This document shows positions 36,337-45,764 of a stretch of DNA of 64,000 nucleotides, one piece after another. The position numbers and the translations under genes were made by a program. Positions within the stretch are counted from its first letter, which is position 1, and the number at the start of each line of letters is the position of its first letter. This stretch comes from Candidatus Poribacteria bacterium (GTDB lineage Bacteria; Poribacteria; WGA-4E; PCPOR2b), in NCBI GenBank assembly GCA_965208675.1, contig OZ242351.1, forward strand, positions 2,464,001 to 2,528,000, written 5' to 3'. The notes beneath the pieces are model-generated. The model did not search any database, was not told the DNA's origin, and saw nothing but the letters and a program-made list of their open reading frames with translations.

Positions 36337-36951
36337 TTATTTCGCGGCGGCATGTTCAAACATACGAATTAGATTGTCATCAAAAGGGGGGTTTAGCCTA
36401 TCGTTCGCCAGTAGTTTTACAACGCGATGAGCAGTTTTAAAAACATGCGGATCGACTTTTTTGTCCGGCATAGTTATGGCTTTAGTGTGGGCAGCCTTGA
36501 GCGCCAGAAAATTTTTCATGAGTCTACCGAAGACATTGACGGAATCCAGAAGCGCTTTTCCTTCATCAACAGGGTGTTTAAATGTTACGCGCGGCCAGTT
36601 TGAATCTTCGAGGCTTTCTCGGTGTTGCTGGACACCTTTGGACAATGAAAATGCGAGCATGCAAATGACCTGCGGAATGAGCCGGTTGTACGCTGTTCTG
36701 ACGATCGCGCCGTATTTCTGCTCGTCAAATTCGGGACGCATCCAATCGAGCATCTGGATTATGTTTGCAATCTCAACGCGGTCCTGATGCACGCAGATTG
36801 GGTCGTCTCGACGACGATGGCAATCGGGGTAACGATCGTAAAGTTCGTCAACAACGTTGTCGCGAGAAGCCGGCAACGCAAGATTCCACACAATGTCCTG
36901 TCTGAGCCCTATTGGCCGCAACTTGTTTTTCCACTCAATTCGTTTGTGCAT
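36337..36951 (-). CDS. Hypothetical protein
   Basis: 204-aa ORF, collinear, with an upstream promoter; no motif recognised. Confidence 0.6.
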   Translation of the reverse strand: MHKRIEWKNKLRPIGLRQDIVWNLALPASRDNVVDELYDRYPDCHRRRDDPICVHQDRVEIANIIQMLDWMRPEFDEQKYGAIVRTAYNRLIPQVICMLAFSLSKGVQQHRESLEDSNWPRVTFKHPVDEGKALLDSVNVFGRLMKNFLALKAAHTKAITMPDKKVDPHVFKTAHRVVKLLANDRLNPPFDDNLIRMFEHAAAK

Positions 36952-37074
36952 ATAAAAACACCAAGTTCAATTGTGCGAAGGTTAGGAGTCGGGGGTCGGG
37001 GGTTGTTTTGGGCAATCGAAAGCCCATGGACATTTTTTCTTGCTATCGAATGTCCATTGTGATAAAATAAAAAA

Positions 37075-37187
37075 AGGCGTTAATTCAAACACTTCGCCTA
37101 CCTAATCTCTGGTAGCTTGGTCGGCGTCAGAGATTGGTCTTGATTGTGATTATCATAAGGGGATAGTTGCTAGCTATCCCCTTTTTC
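37075..37187 (+). ncRNA. Candidate antisense small RNA 1
   Basis: Promoter TTGCTA-N17-TAAAAT (37040-37068); hairpin AATCTCTG/CAGAGATT (37104-37135); terminator AAGGGGATAG/CTATCCCCTT plus T-run (37157-37186). Confidence 0.55.
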
Positions 37188-37196
37188 ATTTGTCAG

Positions 37197-37226
37197 ATTA
37201 TAACATCCGTTATAATTGTTTGTCAA
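37197..37226 (-). promoter_or_regulatory. Sigma70 promoter with overlapping palindromic operator
   Basis: TTGACA-N18-TATAAT on the minus strand; perfect inverted repeat ATTATAAC-ATCC-GTTATAAT. Confidence 0.65.
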
Positions 37227-37582
37227 GCAGTTGAATTGATTAGAATTCGTCTAATAACTTTATTAAATTGAAAACTGTTTCCTCGCATTTTTCAGGCGGG
37301 GGTTTCTCATCATTATCCAACCCAAGTTCCTTAAGGCACGCCTCTACGCCAGTAGCATTGAAAGAGTCAATGTGATATTGGTTAGTTGCATCCACGCCAG
37401 TACCGCCACCAACCCCCCCATAGCTCGCTTACGCGCTCCAACTTCATTTCATCAATGGCGCTACAATCCATTGAGGACATAATGTTTCTGATTTTGCTCT
37501 TAATTTCTTTACGCAATAAGTAGATGTAGACTATTTGTGTTTTTGGTAGTTAAAATCGTAAAAGTATAGATGGGATAGAAAT

Positions 37583-37609
37583 AAAAAAGCCCCCGAATTA
37601 ACGAGGGCT
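37583..37609 (-). terminator. Intrinsic terminator after the protease gene
   Basis: AGCCC...GGGCT stem with an A6 tract on the + strand. Confidence 0.7.
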
Positions 37610-37628
37610 CAGATGCAAAAAAACAAAT

Positions 37629-38696
37629 CTACTCATCTATCAATTCATCAAACTCTCTATTAAGAAACGCCCTAAAGTTCTTAAGATTTGCAATTTCCGC
37701 AACAGCAGAAGTCGCTTCGTGTTTATGCCTAAAACTGTAGATTGTATGTCCAAGATGATTTTCTATAATCTTACCTAAACCCTCATTATCTAAAAACGTA
37801 TGTTCGCATGTATGGTGATATGAAAGCAAAGCACTTTTCATAAAATCATAATCATTGGTGCCGTCACCGGCAAGGTTAACAACATTGTCACCAAACCCAA
37901 TCTCATTTTTGCATTCATTCATTGATATATGTCTGTCATGAGATTTAAACTTACTATAATTGGACAATTCCCTAACAATCTCACTCGCCTTTTTTTCTCT
38001 ATCTATGCTTTTGAGGTCGCCAAACATTCCGCTTTCGCGATTAAGCCATTTTTTGGCAACCGAAGCAGACAGCTGATTCAAAACGTTGCACTCAGAAACT
38101 ATACCAACGCTATATTTTTGCAAAATGGGAAGCCAAACCAAATAGTTTGATTCGTTTATTGCAATATCTCTCTTAGCCTCTTTAAAATCTTCAAGTATTG
38201 ACCAAACTGGGGTGCTCCCTATATGAGGGTCAATCGGACCAAGGCTAGAATAAGTACCCATGTGTATTTTCTTTGCACCACACGCCATTATAGTACCCGC
38301 AGACAAAGCAACTTGCGGCACAAACACCTCAACGTCACCGTGATACAAATCAAGCAAAAAATCCATTATAGACTCGGCGGCTGCAATGTTTCCGCCTCCA
38401 GTATGCAGAATTAAATCAAGGCCTTTTTCATGAACAACGCCCTCTCTTGCTTTTCCTGTGGGCGAATCCTCGGGTTTACGCTTGCCAATCGACAAAGACA
38501 TGAAGGCGGTTTTATCTTTATCTTCAATACTTGTGCCTTCTCTATTGCTGCCATTATGCAACCAGCCAGAGGCATAAGAAATCACGTTTCTTCCACCTCG
38601 CAATTCATGAAATTTCTTAAGATATTTATGGCGCACTTGCTCATATCCATCACGTGCTTCTCTAATTTCGTCAGAAATTTCATTCCAGCTAGCCAT
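37629..38696 (-). CDS. SDH_sah/S49 ClpP-class serine protease
   Basis: LDLILHTGGG..AAESI, VPQVALSAGT, SSLGPIDP, FKSHDRHI. Confidence 0.88.
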   Translation of the reverse strand: MASWNEISDEIREARDGYEQVRHKYLKKFHELRGGRNVISYASGWLHNGSNREGTSIEDKDKTAFMSLSIGKRKPEDSPTGKAREGVVHEKGLDLILHTGGGNIAAAESIMDFLLDLYHGDVEVFVPQVALSAGTIMACGAKKIHMGTYSSLGPIDPHIGSTPVWSILEDFKEAKRDIAINESNYLVWLPILQKYSVGIVSECNVLNQLSASVAKKWLNRESGMFGDLKSIDREKKASEIVRELSNYSKFKSHDRHISMNECKNEIGFGDNVVNLAGDGTNDYDFMKSALLSYHHTCEHTFLDNEGLGKIIENHLGHTIYSFRHKHEATSAVAEIANLKNFRAFLNREFDELIDE

Positions 38697-38811
38697 GAGT
38701 ACAATTCTTCCTGCGTTTTCTCGCCAGCGTTAATCTGATGCGGTTTCTTTCAACTCTTCAGCAGTGTCTGCGGACCTCTATCAATACCCCCAAAACGCTT
38801 CGCAATTACCT

Positions 38812-39009
38812 TTATACTTTTATACTTTGCTTAACCTCAGACACGTCATCAGTGTCAGAAATATAATCGTGGAACTTGCTCATCATTTCACGCAATGATT
38901 GAACTTTGCTCGCGACGCTACCCGTAACTCCATTTCTAATTTTTTCTGGCATTTCACCTTCTAGTAGCAAACTTACTAAGCTCTGATGGGAGGTCTTGAA
39001 TGGCATCAA
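38812..39009 (-). CDS. Small hypothetical protein
   Basis: 65-aa ORF collinear with the island genes; no clear RBS. Confidence 0.3.
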   Translation of the reverse strand: MMPFKTSHQSLVSLLLEGEMPEKIRNGVTGSVASKVQSLREMMSKFHDYISDTDDVSEVKQSIKV

Positions 39010-39211
39010 TGAAATCCTGCTAAGTGAGAAAATCCTCCCGAGTCATCACTGTTTTGCCCTTTCTGCGTTTAAAGGCGCCACTTAGCCCATGTAGGATACC
39101 ATACATTATCGCCATTATACAAACAATTTCACCCACAAAAACAATTGTTTGTCAATTTAAAGATTAGAACTATACCATTGACTTAACCAAAATTCCAATC
39201 TAAAATTAACA

Positions 39212-39391
39212 CATCAGGAAAAAAGATGCCTTTATTTCTGAAAACCTAAATCGTATAAGTCGATAGTAGCAACTATCAGCTTCAAAAAGGCTGCTCTATA
39301 GACATTTTCTCCGAAATATAGCCAATTAATTGAGTGTTCATATCTGGTAAAATTCTCTTTACAGCCGAGAGCATGTGTTCTCGGCTTTTTT
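39212..39391 (+). ncRNA. Candidate small RNA 2
   Basis: TTGACT-N17-TAAAAT (39178-39206) and terminator AGCCGAGA/TCTCGGCT plus T-run (39363-39391), with no substantial ORF between. Confidence 0.4.
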
Positions 39392-39451
39392 ATTGCTCAT
39401 TCCACGGTGGTAAAGTGTATATCATTTTCAAAATAATACTCCATTCGATTT

Positions 39452-39718
39452 TCAAAATGGAACAACAGTGATTTTATCCGATAAGTCTATATCAGTCAAA
39501 CCACCAAGTTGCTCCACAACAGCTTTCCAAACCTCAGCTGCCTCATCATGTTTTGGCGTACTAAACAACTCAACCGGGGCATGTGGATAGTATACAATAA
39601 TTTTAGCTAGTTTGGATTGGTCTTTTGATGTTTCAATACGAAATTCAAGCTGATAAATCATATTCGGATTTAACACTTTTACCAAAGGCGGATTGTGAGA
39701 AAATACAATGCGAATCAC
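39452..39718 (-). CDS. Small hypothetical protein (phage-like)
   Basis: GTG start with AAGGAG RBS; 88 aa. Confidence 0.65.
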   Translation of the reverse strand: MIRIVFSHNPPLVKVLNPNMIYQLEFRIETSKDQSKLAKIIVYYPHAPVELFSTPKHDEAAEVWKAVVEQLGGLTDIDLSDKITVVPF

Positions 39719-39748
39719 TTAAATCTCCTTTCTAGTTAGCTTACGTTT

Positions 39749-40096
39749 TTATGTATGATAAAGGGGGTATACCCGAACATTAGGCATTTTTTTACCCATT
39801 ATCTTGCGCTCGCGGGATTTGTACACAAGAGACTTTTCTTTAGGAACTATAAATAGGGGAATATCGCCCAAGTCAAGCTCAAAGATTTTTCTGCACGTCT
39901 CCTCATCGTCTTTTACAACAATGGCATACTCCTCTGGTATGGAAATAACTGTGCCGTCGATAATTGGATGATTGCGGTCATACTCTACCCAATCAGTATC
40001 ATGAATCAACGACGCCGCAAATGTTGTGAAAATTCCACTTAGCTCGATCTCAACCTTTACTTCTTGCAACCCTTCTAAATCCTTAATGTGCGACAT
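39749..40096 (-). CDS. Small hypothetical protein (phage-like)
   Basis: ATG with GGAG RBS; 115 aa. Confidence 0.65.
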   Translation of the reverse strand: MSHIKDLEGLQEVKVEIELSGIFTTFAASLIHDTDWVEYDRNHPIIDGTVISIPEEYAIVVKDDEETCRKIFELDLGDIPLFIVPKEKSLVYKSRERKIMGKKMPNVRVYPLYHT

Positions 40097-40231
40097 CTTA
40101 AAACTCCATGCGTTTGCTCGCCAGCATTATTGTTTTGGCACAACGATTAGAGAGGTAAAAAGCCCCCTACTTAATTGCGTCTTATTTTCTGCCAATTGTA
40201 AAGTTATTCGCAGTAAGTGATTTATGTCACT

Positions 40232-40498
40232 CTACCCAACATACATACCAGACTCATCACAATCTAAGGTAGGGGGATAATCTCTACCTCTTGAATCATC
40301 TAATTCCGCCCAAAGATCATCGACTCTTTTCTGAAGTTTTTTGACTTCCGATTCAAGAATTTGGTTGCTATCAACAAGGTTTTTATTATCAAAATCTAAA
40401 CTCTTATTTTCAGCACGCAACACCTCGCACATGCTTCGCTCGCTTTTAATCGTTTCACAGAGAGACTCAATTAAAATATCTTGATATTCAGAGTTCAT
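40232..40498 (-). CDS. Small coiled-coil hypothetical protein
   Basis: 88 aa; heptad-like LRAENKSLDFDNKNLVDSNQILESEVKKLQKRV. Confidence 0.6.
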   Translation of the reverse strand: MNSEYQDILIESLCETIKSERSMCEVLRAENKSLDFDNKNLVDSNQILESEVKKLQKRVDDLWAELDDSRGRDYPPTLDCDESGMYVG

Positions 40499-40576
40499 TA
40501 TGCTAAAATGTCCTTTCTTGCAATTTAAACTTTAGTTTTATTTGACACAGACGGCAATCTGTGTTATCCTAAAAAA

Positions 40577-40662
40577 ACGGCGCAACAAGACTTACCATCT
40601 GTGCGTCATTTCGACTATAGATTTTGTTGCATTTAGGGGCAGCCTGACACTGCCCCTTTTTT
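40577..40662 (+). ncRNA. Candidate antisense small RNA 3
   Basis: TTGACA-N17-TATCCT (40542-40570); stem GCAACAAGA/TTTTGTTGC (40582-40630); terminator AGGGGCAG/CTGCCCCT plus T-run (40635-40662); opposing promoter TTGACT-N17-TAAACT (40704-40676). Confidence 0.55.
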
Positions 40663-40893
40663 GTTACGTTAATTTAGTTTAACATATTTGGTCTACAAAG
40701 TCAATCTTTTTTCATTCCTTAAAACGCATAAGTCCATAGGAGCACAATTCAGTTTCAAAAAGGACTGCTATGGGAATTATGGAATAATCGCAGGGAGTGT
40801 TAAAGCCAAAAACAACCGTATATTTTTTGAATTCACAACCGACGGCTTGGCGGTTGGCAAATTTTCCAATGTTCATTATTTATTGATTTCTTT

Positions 40894-41670
40894 TCAACAT
40901 ATACACTTCATTCGCTCTTCGGCAATTTTTACATAATTTTTATCCTTTTCAATCCCAATCCATCTTCGACCAAATTTATTCGCAACATAGGAAGTTGTAC
41001 CACTCCCCAAAAAAGGATCGAGAACAATGTCACCCTCATTTGAACTTGCGAGAATAATTCGCTTCAACATTTCTTCGGGTTTTTGTGTTGGGTGAAGTGC
41101 ACGCCCCCCTTCACCTCGCAAACGCTCCTTGCCCTGAACGAGAGGCAACCCCCAAAAATCACGCATTTGCTTCAAACTTCCGTCCTTTTGTTTGTCGGGG
41201 TTTATTTTCTTTATTTCTTCGTAATTGAATGTCCAACCACTTCCATTTACCGCCCAAACGACAAATTCCGTTGAATGTGTGAATACTCGCTTTGTCATGT
41301 TTGGCATTGCGTTTGTTTTGTGCCAAGTGATGATGTTGTTTATCTTGTAGGCAAGCTGCTTTAAGACGATCATCACTTCCGCTATGTTGTGGTAACTACA
41401 AGCAACATAGATTGCTCCCTTATCTTTCAAGATCGTATCGCATGCGCCAAGCCATTTTCTTGTGAATTGCAGATATTCTGGCGCAGACATCTTGTCCCAT
41501 TCCTCGTTTACCATGTACCAGTCCCCGCCAGTTTTGTTGCCTTTCCATTGCAGTCCATTGCGAGACAAATTATATGGAGGATCGGAAAAAATCAAGTCGA
41601 TGGATTTCTTATCAACTTTCTTGTTGAGTGTTTCGATACAATCTCCGTGGTAGATGACATTTGTTTTCAT
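40894..41670 (-). CDS. N4/N6 amino-methyltransferase, beta class
   Basis: DPPY precedes HPTQKP...VLDPFLGSGTT. Confidence 0.93.
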   Translation of the reverse strand: MKTNVIYHGDCIETLNKKVDKKSIDLIFSDPPYNLSRNGLQWKGNKTGGDWYMVNEEWDKMSAPEYLQFTRKWLGACDTILKDKGAIYVACSYHNIAEVMIVLKQLAYKINNIITWHKTNAMPNMTKRVFTHSTEFVVWAVNGSGWTFNYEEIKKINPDKQKDGSLKQMRDFWGLPLVQGKERLRGEGGRALHPTQKPEEMLKRIILASSNEGDIVLDPFLGSGTTSYVANKFGRRWIGIEKDKNYVKIAEERMKCIC

Positions 41671-41674
41671 ATTG

Positions 41675-43498
41675 TTATGATTTGGTTACAAGAGTTTCTC
41701 CCCATGTTGAGATTGTTTCCGAGATACTTCTTATCCATTTTCCAGAATCACTGTATGAGGTTGAAGACTGAAGAATCTCGTCGTATAAACGAGAAATATC
41801 TGAATGTTTCAATAACTTTTTTTCGTTTTTCATTTGGAGCAATTTTTTTAGGATCGAAACAAATTGATCTATTGAGAGAGGAACAATCTTCTGTGGCTTG
41901 CCCTCATACTCATATTTGATTGCTGTCCAAAATGTATTGATTGTATCTCTGTGTAATCTTGGTGCAATAAATAGGCAATAAGAGGGTTTGTCGCCATTTT
42001 TATTCTCAAAATCCCGCAAATGCCTCATGACCGGCTGTCCCTCGTTATACCATTGATTACGACCTGTAAGAATTGTTACTTCACAAATTGCGTTGAAATC
42101 TTCGTAGAAACATTCAATATCGGGTGTATTTGCGGGAGCAGTAAAGGTTGGTTCGTTATCGTCTCCAACTGGATGATTTGGCTGGATTTTTAAAGCGGCA
42201 TTAAGTGCATGCAGTCCGAGCGCAGAATATTTTTCAAGTAAAATTGGACCATCCTCTACGTTGTAAATATTTTCGAGTGATTCGATGTATGACTCAATGT
42301 GCTCGATTGATTGAGATTTTTTTTGATTTTCTTCCTCTTGGAGTTGCCGTCTATATCTCCGAAGCTCCGCAAGATATTCCTTCAATTCGCTGTCCTGCAG
42401 TATTTCTATTGTCTTTAAAGTAGTAGTGTCTTTGTCTAGGTCTGCTTCATATTGATGTATTTCGTTAATGAGTTTTTTCGCAATTTCGGAATACTTTTCT
42501 TTTGTCTCCCACGGTAGCTGCGGTTGAGCAATATCTGAAATATATGAAAAATACTCTTTTTTTGATTCAAACTTCTGTGCTTTAGCATTATCGTAAGCTA
42601 ATAAGGAATTGATTTCGACTAATCGTCTTGGTTCGAGGTCAACATAAAAACCACCGCCGCGGATATGAATATATCGAGTTAGGCGGAAATAACGGATTGC
42701 GTTGTCTCCGTAATCGTGAAGGTTGTTTAGTAAGCGATCAATATCTTTTTTAATGCCAGTATGAAGAAAATCACCAGCAAATCTTGTTTTGTAGGCCTCC
42801 AAAATCTGTCTTTGTCTTTGTTTGGTTTTTCCGTTTAGCTCTTCCCTAAGTGATATGATTGATTCGGCATACCTTTCTATGTCGTTATAGTTAACGAGAG
42901 TAGGGGCAAAAAGAGAGAATTCCTTTTTGCTTATACCCTTTGGTGCATTACCAATAGACTTTTCTATCTGATTGACAGAGTTAATCAAATGAAGCGTTCC
43001 AATAAATGGCTTTATGTCATAGGTGCCATTATCGGGATAGTCTCGACTATCTGGGTTTGGTAGTTGCCATTTCAAGAAACTTTTGAAGTAGATTTCTCCG
43101 AAATCGAAGTCTTCGTTTAGAAAAAGTCTTCCTAGTTCTGTTATTCTTAACTTTCCATTTTCAATAAGGACAAACCCAAACTTTTTAAGTGGGTTTAACG
43201 ATTGCCTGCCGCGCATTGCAGGATCTTCATATGCTTTGGCGTTGAATATCTCTTGTGCCTGTTCAAATGAGATTTCTTGCGATGAATCATCAACCAGATC
43301 AATCATTGCTTGTGGTAATCCATTGTAAAACTGAGTTTTTCCATAACCATACACTCGGTTTTGGATCAAACGTATTTGATACTCCATCTGGCTTTCTGCG
43401 TCCCAATCTGAATTCTGAAGTTGCTTCACAACAAGCAAGAAATCTCTTAACCTTTCGGGATTCCTCAATGTTGTTGTAATTGACCAAGGTTTCTTCAT
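41675..43498 (-). CDS. AlwI-family type IIS restriction endonuclease
   Basis: WSITTTLRNPERL N-terminus; DYGDNAIRYFRLT; PDIEC...ICEVT...QWYNEGQPVMRH. Confidence 0.85.
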   Translation of the reverse strand: MKKPWSITTTLRNPERLRDFLLVVKQLQNSDWDAESQMEYQIRLIQNRVYGYGKTQFYNGLPQAMIDLVDDSSQEISFEQAQEIFNAKAYEDPAMRGRQSLNPLKKFGFVLIENGKLRITELGRLFLNEDFDFGEIYFKSFLKWQLPNPDSRDYPDNGTYDIKPFIGTLHLINSVNQIEKSIGNAPKGISKKEFSLFAPTLVNYNDIERYAESIISLREELNGKTKQRQRQILEAYKTRFAGDFLHTGIKKDIDRLLNNLHDYGDNAIRYFRLTRYIHIRGGGFYVDLEPRRLVEINSLLAYDNAKAQKFESKKEYFSYISDIAQPQLPWETKEKYSEIAKKLINEIHQYEADLDKDTTTLKTIEILQDSELKEYLAELRRYRRQLQEEENQKKSQSIEHIESYIESLENIYNVEDGPILLEKYSALGLHALNAALKIQPNHPVGDDNEPTFTAPANTPDIECFYEDFNAICEVTILTGRNQWYNEGQPVMRHLRDFENKNGDKPSYCLFIAPRLHRDTINTFWTAIKYEYEGKPQKIVPLSIDQFVSILKKLLQMKNEKKLLKHSDISRLYDEILQSSTSYSDSGKWIRSISETISTWGETLVTKS

Positions 43499-43500
43499 CG

Positions 43501-45309
43501 CTATTTTGTTGCTCTACAATAGAAAATGCGTTCCGTATTACCTTCGCCGTTGCTTTTGCCTGTGGTAAAGGCTTGATAGAACTTTTCAAAAATTTCGACC
43601 TCGCCCTTATTTCGTAAAATTCGCAAGATTTCGTCGTCGCTCATTCGTGCATTTGAACGCCCATCTTTTGAGTCTCCTGTATTGTTGTAGGAAAGAAGAA
43701 TGTGTTTGCAATCTGCATTCTTGATTAAATCTTCAAATGCACTTGTTGCGTTCTTAAGGCAATAATTGCTTTTGATATGCGAACGATCCATTTTTTTGCC
43801 GATACCAACAACTTCTGGCATTTCCCATTCTGCAAGATTTTCTAAAAGGTGATACGCATCTGAATATTGCCGTGAATTGTACGGCGGATCAATGTATAAG
43901 GCATCGGAAGAGATTTTTCTGATGAGCGCATTTGCGTCCTCTCGGTAAATCTCATTGTTGGTGTTGTTTGAATGATTAACATCTGGAATGAGTAGTTTTA
44001 TCGGCTGAAGCATATCCATTTTTTTTCGGAAAGCGTCATAGTGACCAACTGTATTTGCAACTCTGTCCACCGCATAGAGTAAAGAACAAATCAAAATGTT
44101 CTTATCACTCTCCCTTGTTGCAATCGTATCGATCTCTTCTCTAATTGCTCCTATTTTTCTTGCGTTTTCTTGTGTAAAATATGTGCCGCCGAAATGTTTT
44201 GAGAAATAATTGTCTTTGTCGTTCGGCAGATTATTAAGATGTTCAATTTTTTTTGAAACGATTGTTCGTAGATCTTTGTTCGTTCCCAAAAAAGCATGTA
44301 GGCAAGCATAATTTGCAAAGAGGAAATCATTGGAAATGACTTTTATATCAGGACTATTAAATCTCTCTCCAACAACTCCAGTGCCAGCAAAAATATCGCA
44401 AAGTGAATTTACGGATCCGCATTTGTCAGAAATTATATCCTCAATGAATCCAAGGAGTTTATATTTATTCCCCAAGTAACGTCGATTTTGTAACTGGAAG
44501 TAACCCGTTTTCGATTCTCGCGGTTGAAAAAGATGTTTATCAATTTTCTGAATATTGACTTGATAATTTGGCTTTTCAAATTCTAGCAAATCAAAAAGCG
44601 TTTTTTGTATTCCGTCCGCAACATAGTCAAGGCCATTGAGCTGATTCTTTAACTTTTCATTAAAGCTATAGTTCCCTTTTTCGGAAATGATCACGAAGTC
44701 AATCACCGGGATTCCCATTATTTCTCCGGCGTGAGCTATCCTTTCAACGATTTGAACATCCTTCTCGCTGGGTGATGTCTCACCGGACGGGTGATTGTGA
44801 ACGATAACCACGCTTGCAGCGTTTAATTCTGTTGCGGGATAGAAAATTTCCCTTGGATGTAGCAATGTCTTGTCTAAGAGTCCAACACTAACAATCTCTT
44901 TTTTCAACAAGACATTTCGTGCATTTAGATACAAACCAACTAAATGCTCTTTTTTCTTATCTCTCAAATCATAAGTTACAGAAACAACGTCTTGAGAATT
45001 TTTGATCACAACTTCGTTAGTTTGATCTTCGGTGTAAAATCTTTTTACCAAGGAAACTGCTGACGCGACTTGCAATGCTTTTGCTTCGCCAATACCAGCA
45101 ATCCCTTTTAAATCGTCCACCGTAACATTCAGAAAATCTTTTCCAAACTTTTTTATAATTTGTTGCGATAGCTGTTGGACATTTTTCCCCTTGATTCCAC
45201 TTCCTAGCAAAATCGCCAATAAATCGACTTTTGAAAGTGCGTCCGGACCTTTTTTCAGGAACCTTTCGCGAGGTCTGTCTATTCTTGGAATATCCTTAAT
45301 CTTTGCCAT
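43501..45309 (-). CDS. RadC (HhH + JAB) domain fused to a D12-class adenine methyltransferase
   Basis: RPRERF..GP..LS..LLAILLGSG, GIGEAKA, HPREIF, HNHPSG...SEKD; then RYLGNKYKLL, DIFAGTGVVG, YIDPPYN in one frame. Start may be 45321. Confidence 0.9.
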   Translation of the reverse strand: MAKIKDIPRIDRPRERFLKKGPDALSKVDLLAILLGSGIKGKNVQQLSQQIIKKFGKDFLNVTVDDLKGIAGIGEAKALQVASAVSLVKRFYTEDQTNEVVIKNSQDVVSVTYDLRDKKKEHLVGLYLNARNVLLKKEIVSVGLLDKTLLHPREIFYPATELNAASVVIVHNHPSGETSPSEKDVQIVERIAHAGEIMGIPVIDFVIISEKGNYSFNEKLKNQLNGLDYVADGIQKTLFDLLEFEKPNYQVNIQKIDKHLFQPRESKTGYFQLQNRRYLGNKYKLLGFIEDIISDKCGSVNSLCDIFAGTGVVGERFNSPDIKVISNDFLFANYACLHAFLGTNKDLRTIVSKKIEHLNNLPNDKDNYFSKHFGGTYFTQENARKIGAIREEIDTIATRESDKNILICSLLYAVDRVANTVGHYDAFRKKMDMLQPIKLLIPDVNHSNNTNNEIYREDANALIRKISSDALYIDPPYNSRQYSDAYHLLENLAEWEMPEVVGIGKKMDRSHIKSNYCLKNATSAFEDLIKNADCKHILLSYNNTGDSKDGRSNARMSDDEILRILRNKGEVEIFEKFYQAFTTGKSNGEGNTERIFYCRATK

Positions 45310-45764
45310 CACAGTTTCCAAGTTTTATCTACGCTCACGTTGAACCTATTACTTACCCCCATCCTTTAGACAGCAACTAACGAGATTTAAGTAATAATGT
45401 CCGACTAATTCTGGTCAATTTTCAACACCTGAAGTTAGTGAAAATACACCTCGTAAGGTGTTCGGTATTCGAGCGATTGATGTGACCGCTCTCGGTTGAA
45501 ATGTTGAAATAATCCCTCAAGCGACGTTAAGGCAACCATACTCTTCGACAACACGTGTACGTATGTGCTGCTCTATCTGCCAATCATACCAAAAGGTACC
45601 TCTACTGTCAATTGCATTTTCGTTGCAAATTTATTTTTGAAAATGTTATAATCGGAGAAAATACGGACGTAATGCGTAATTTTATTAAATGATTCCCAAG
45701 GCGGCGTGCCGGGACTGCCGGCATCTTGAGCGAGTTTGGCGTGATTAGGATAGGAGCGGTACTT

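Larger units (their letters stand above)
35456..45400. mobile_element. AT-richer accessory island (phage-like/defence cargo); boundaries approximate
   Basis: Visible compositional shift; all genes on the minus strand; R-M system, RadC, small orphans; no integrase or att repeat seen. Confidence 0.6.

Noticed and set aside
38950-40234. TAG reassignment (frames stay open past TAG after 40232 and in a short ORF near 39046, plus the M56 TAG)
   Set aside because: TAG is the normal stop at the expected ends of conserved genes such as lpxA and ruvX; short open stretches are expected by chance.
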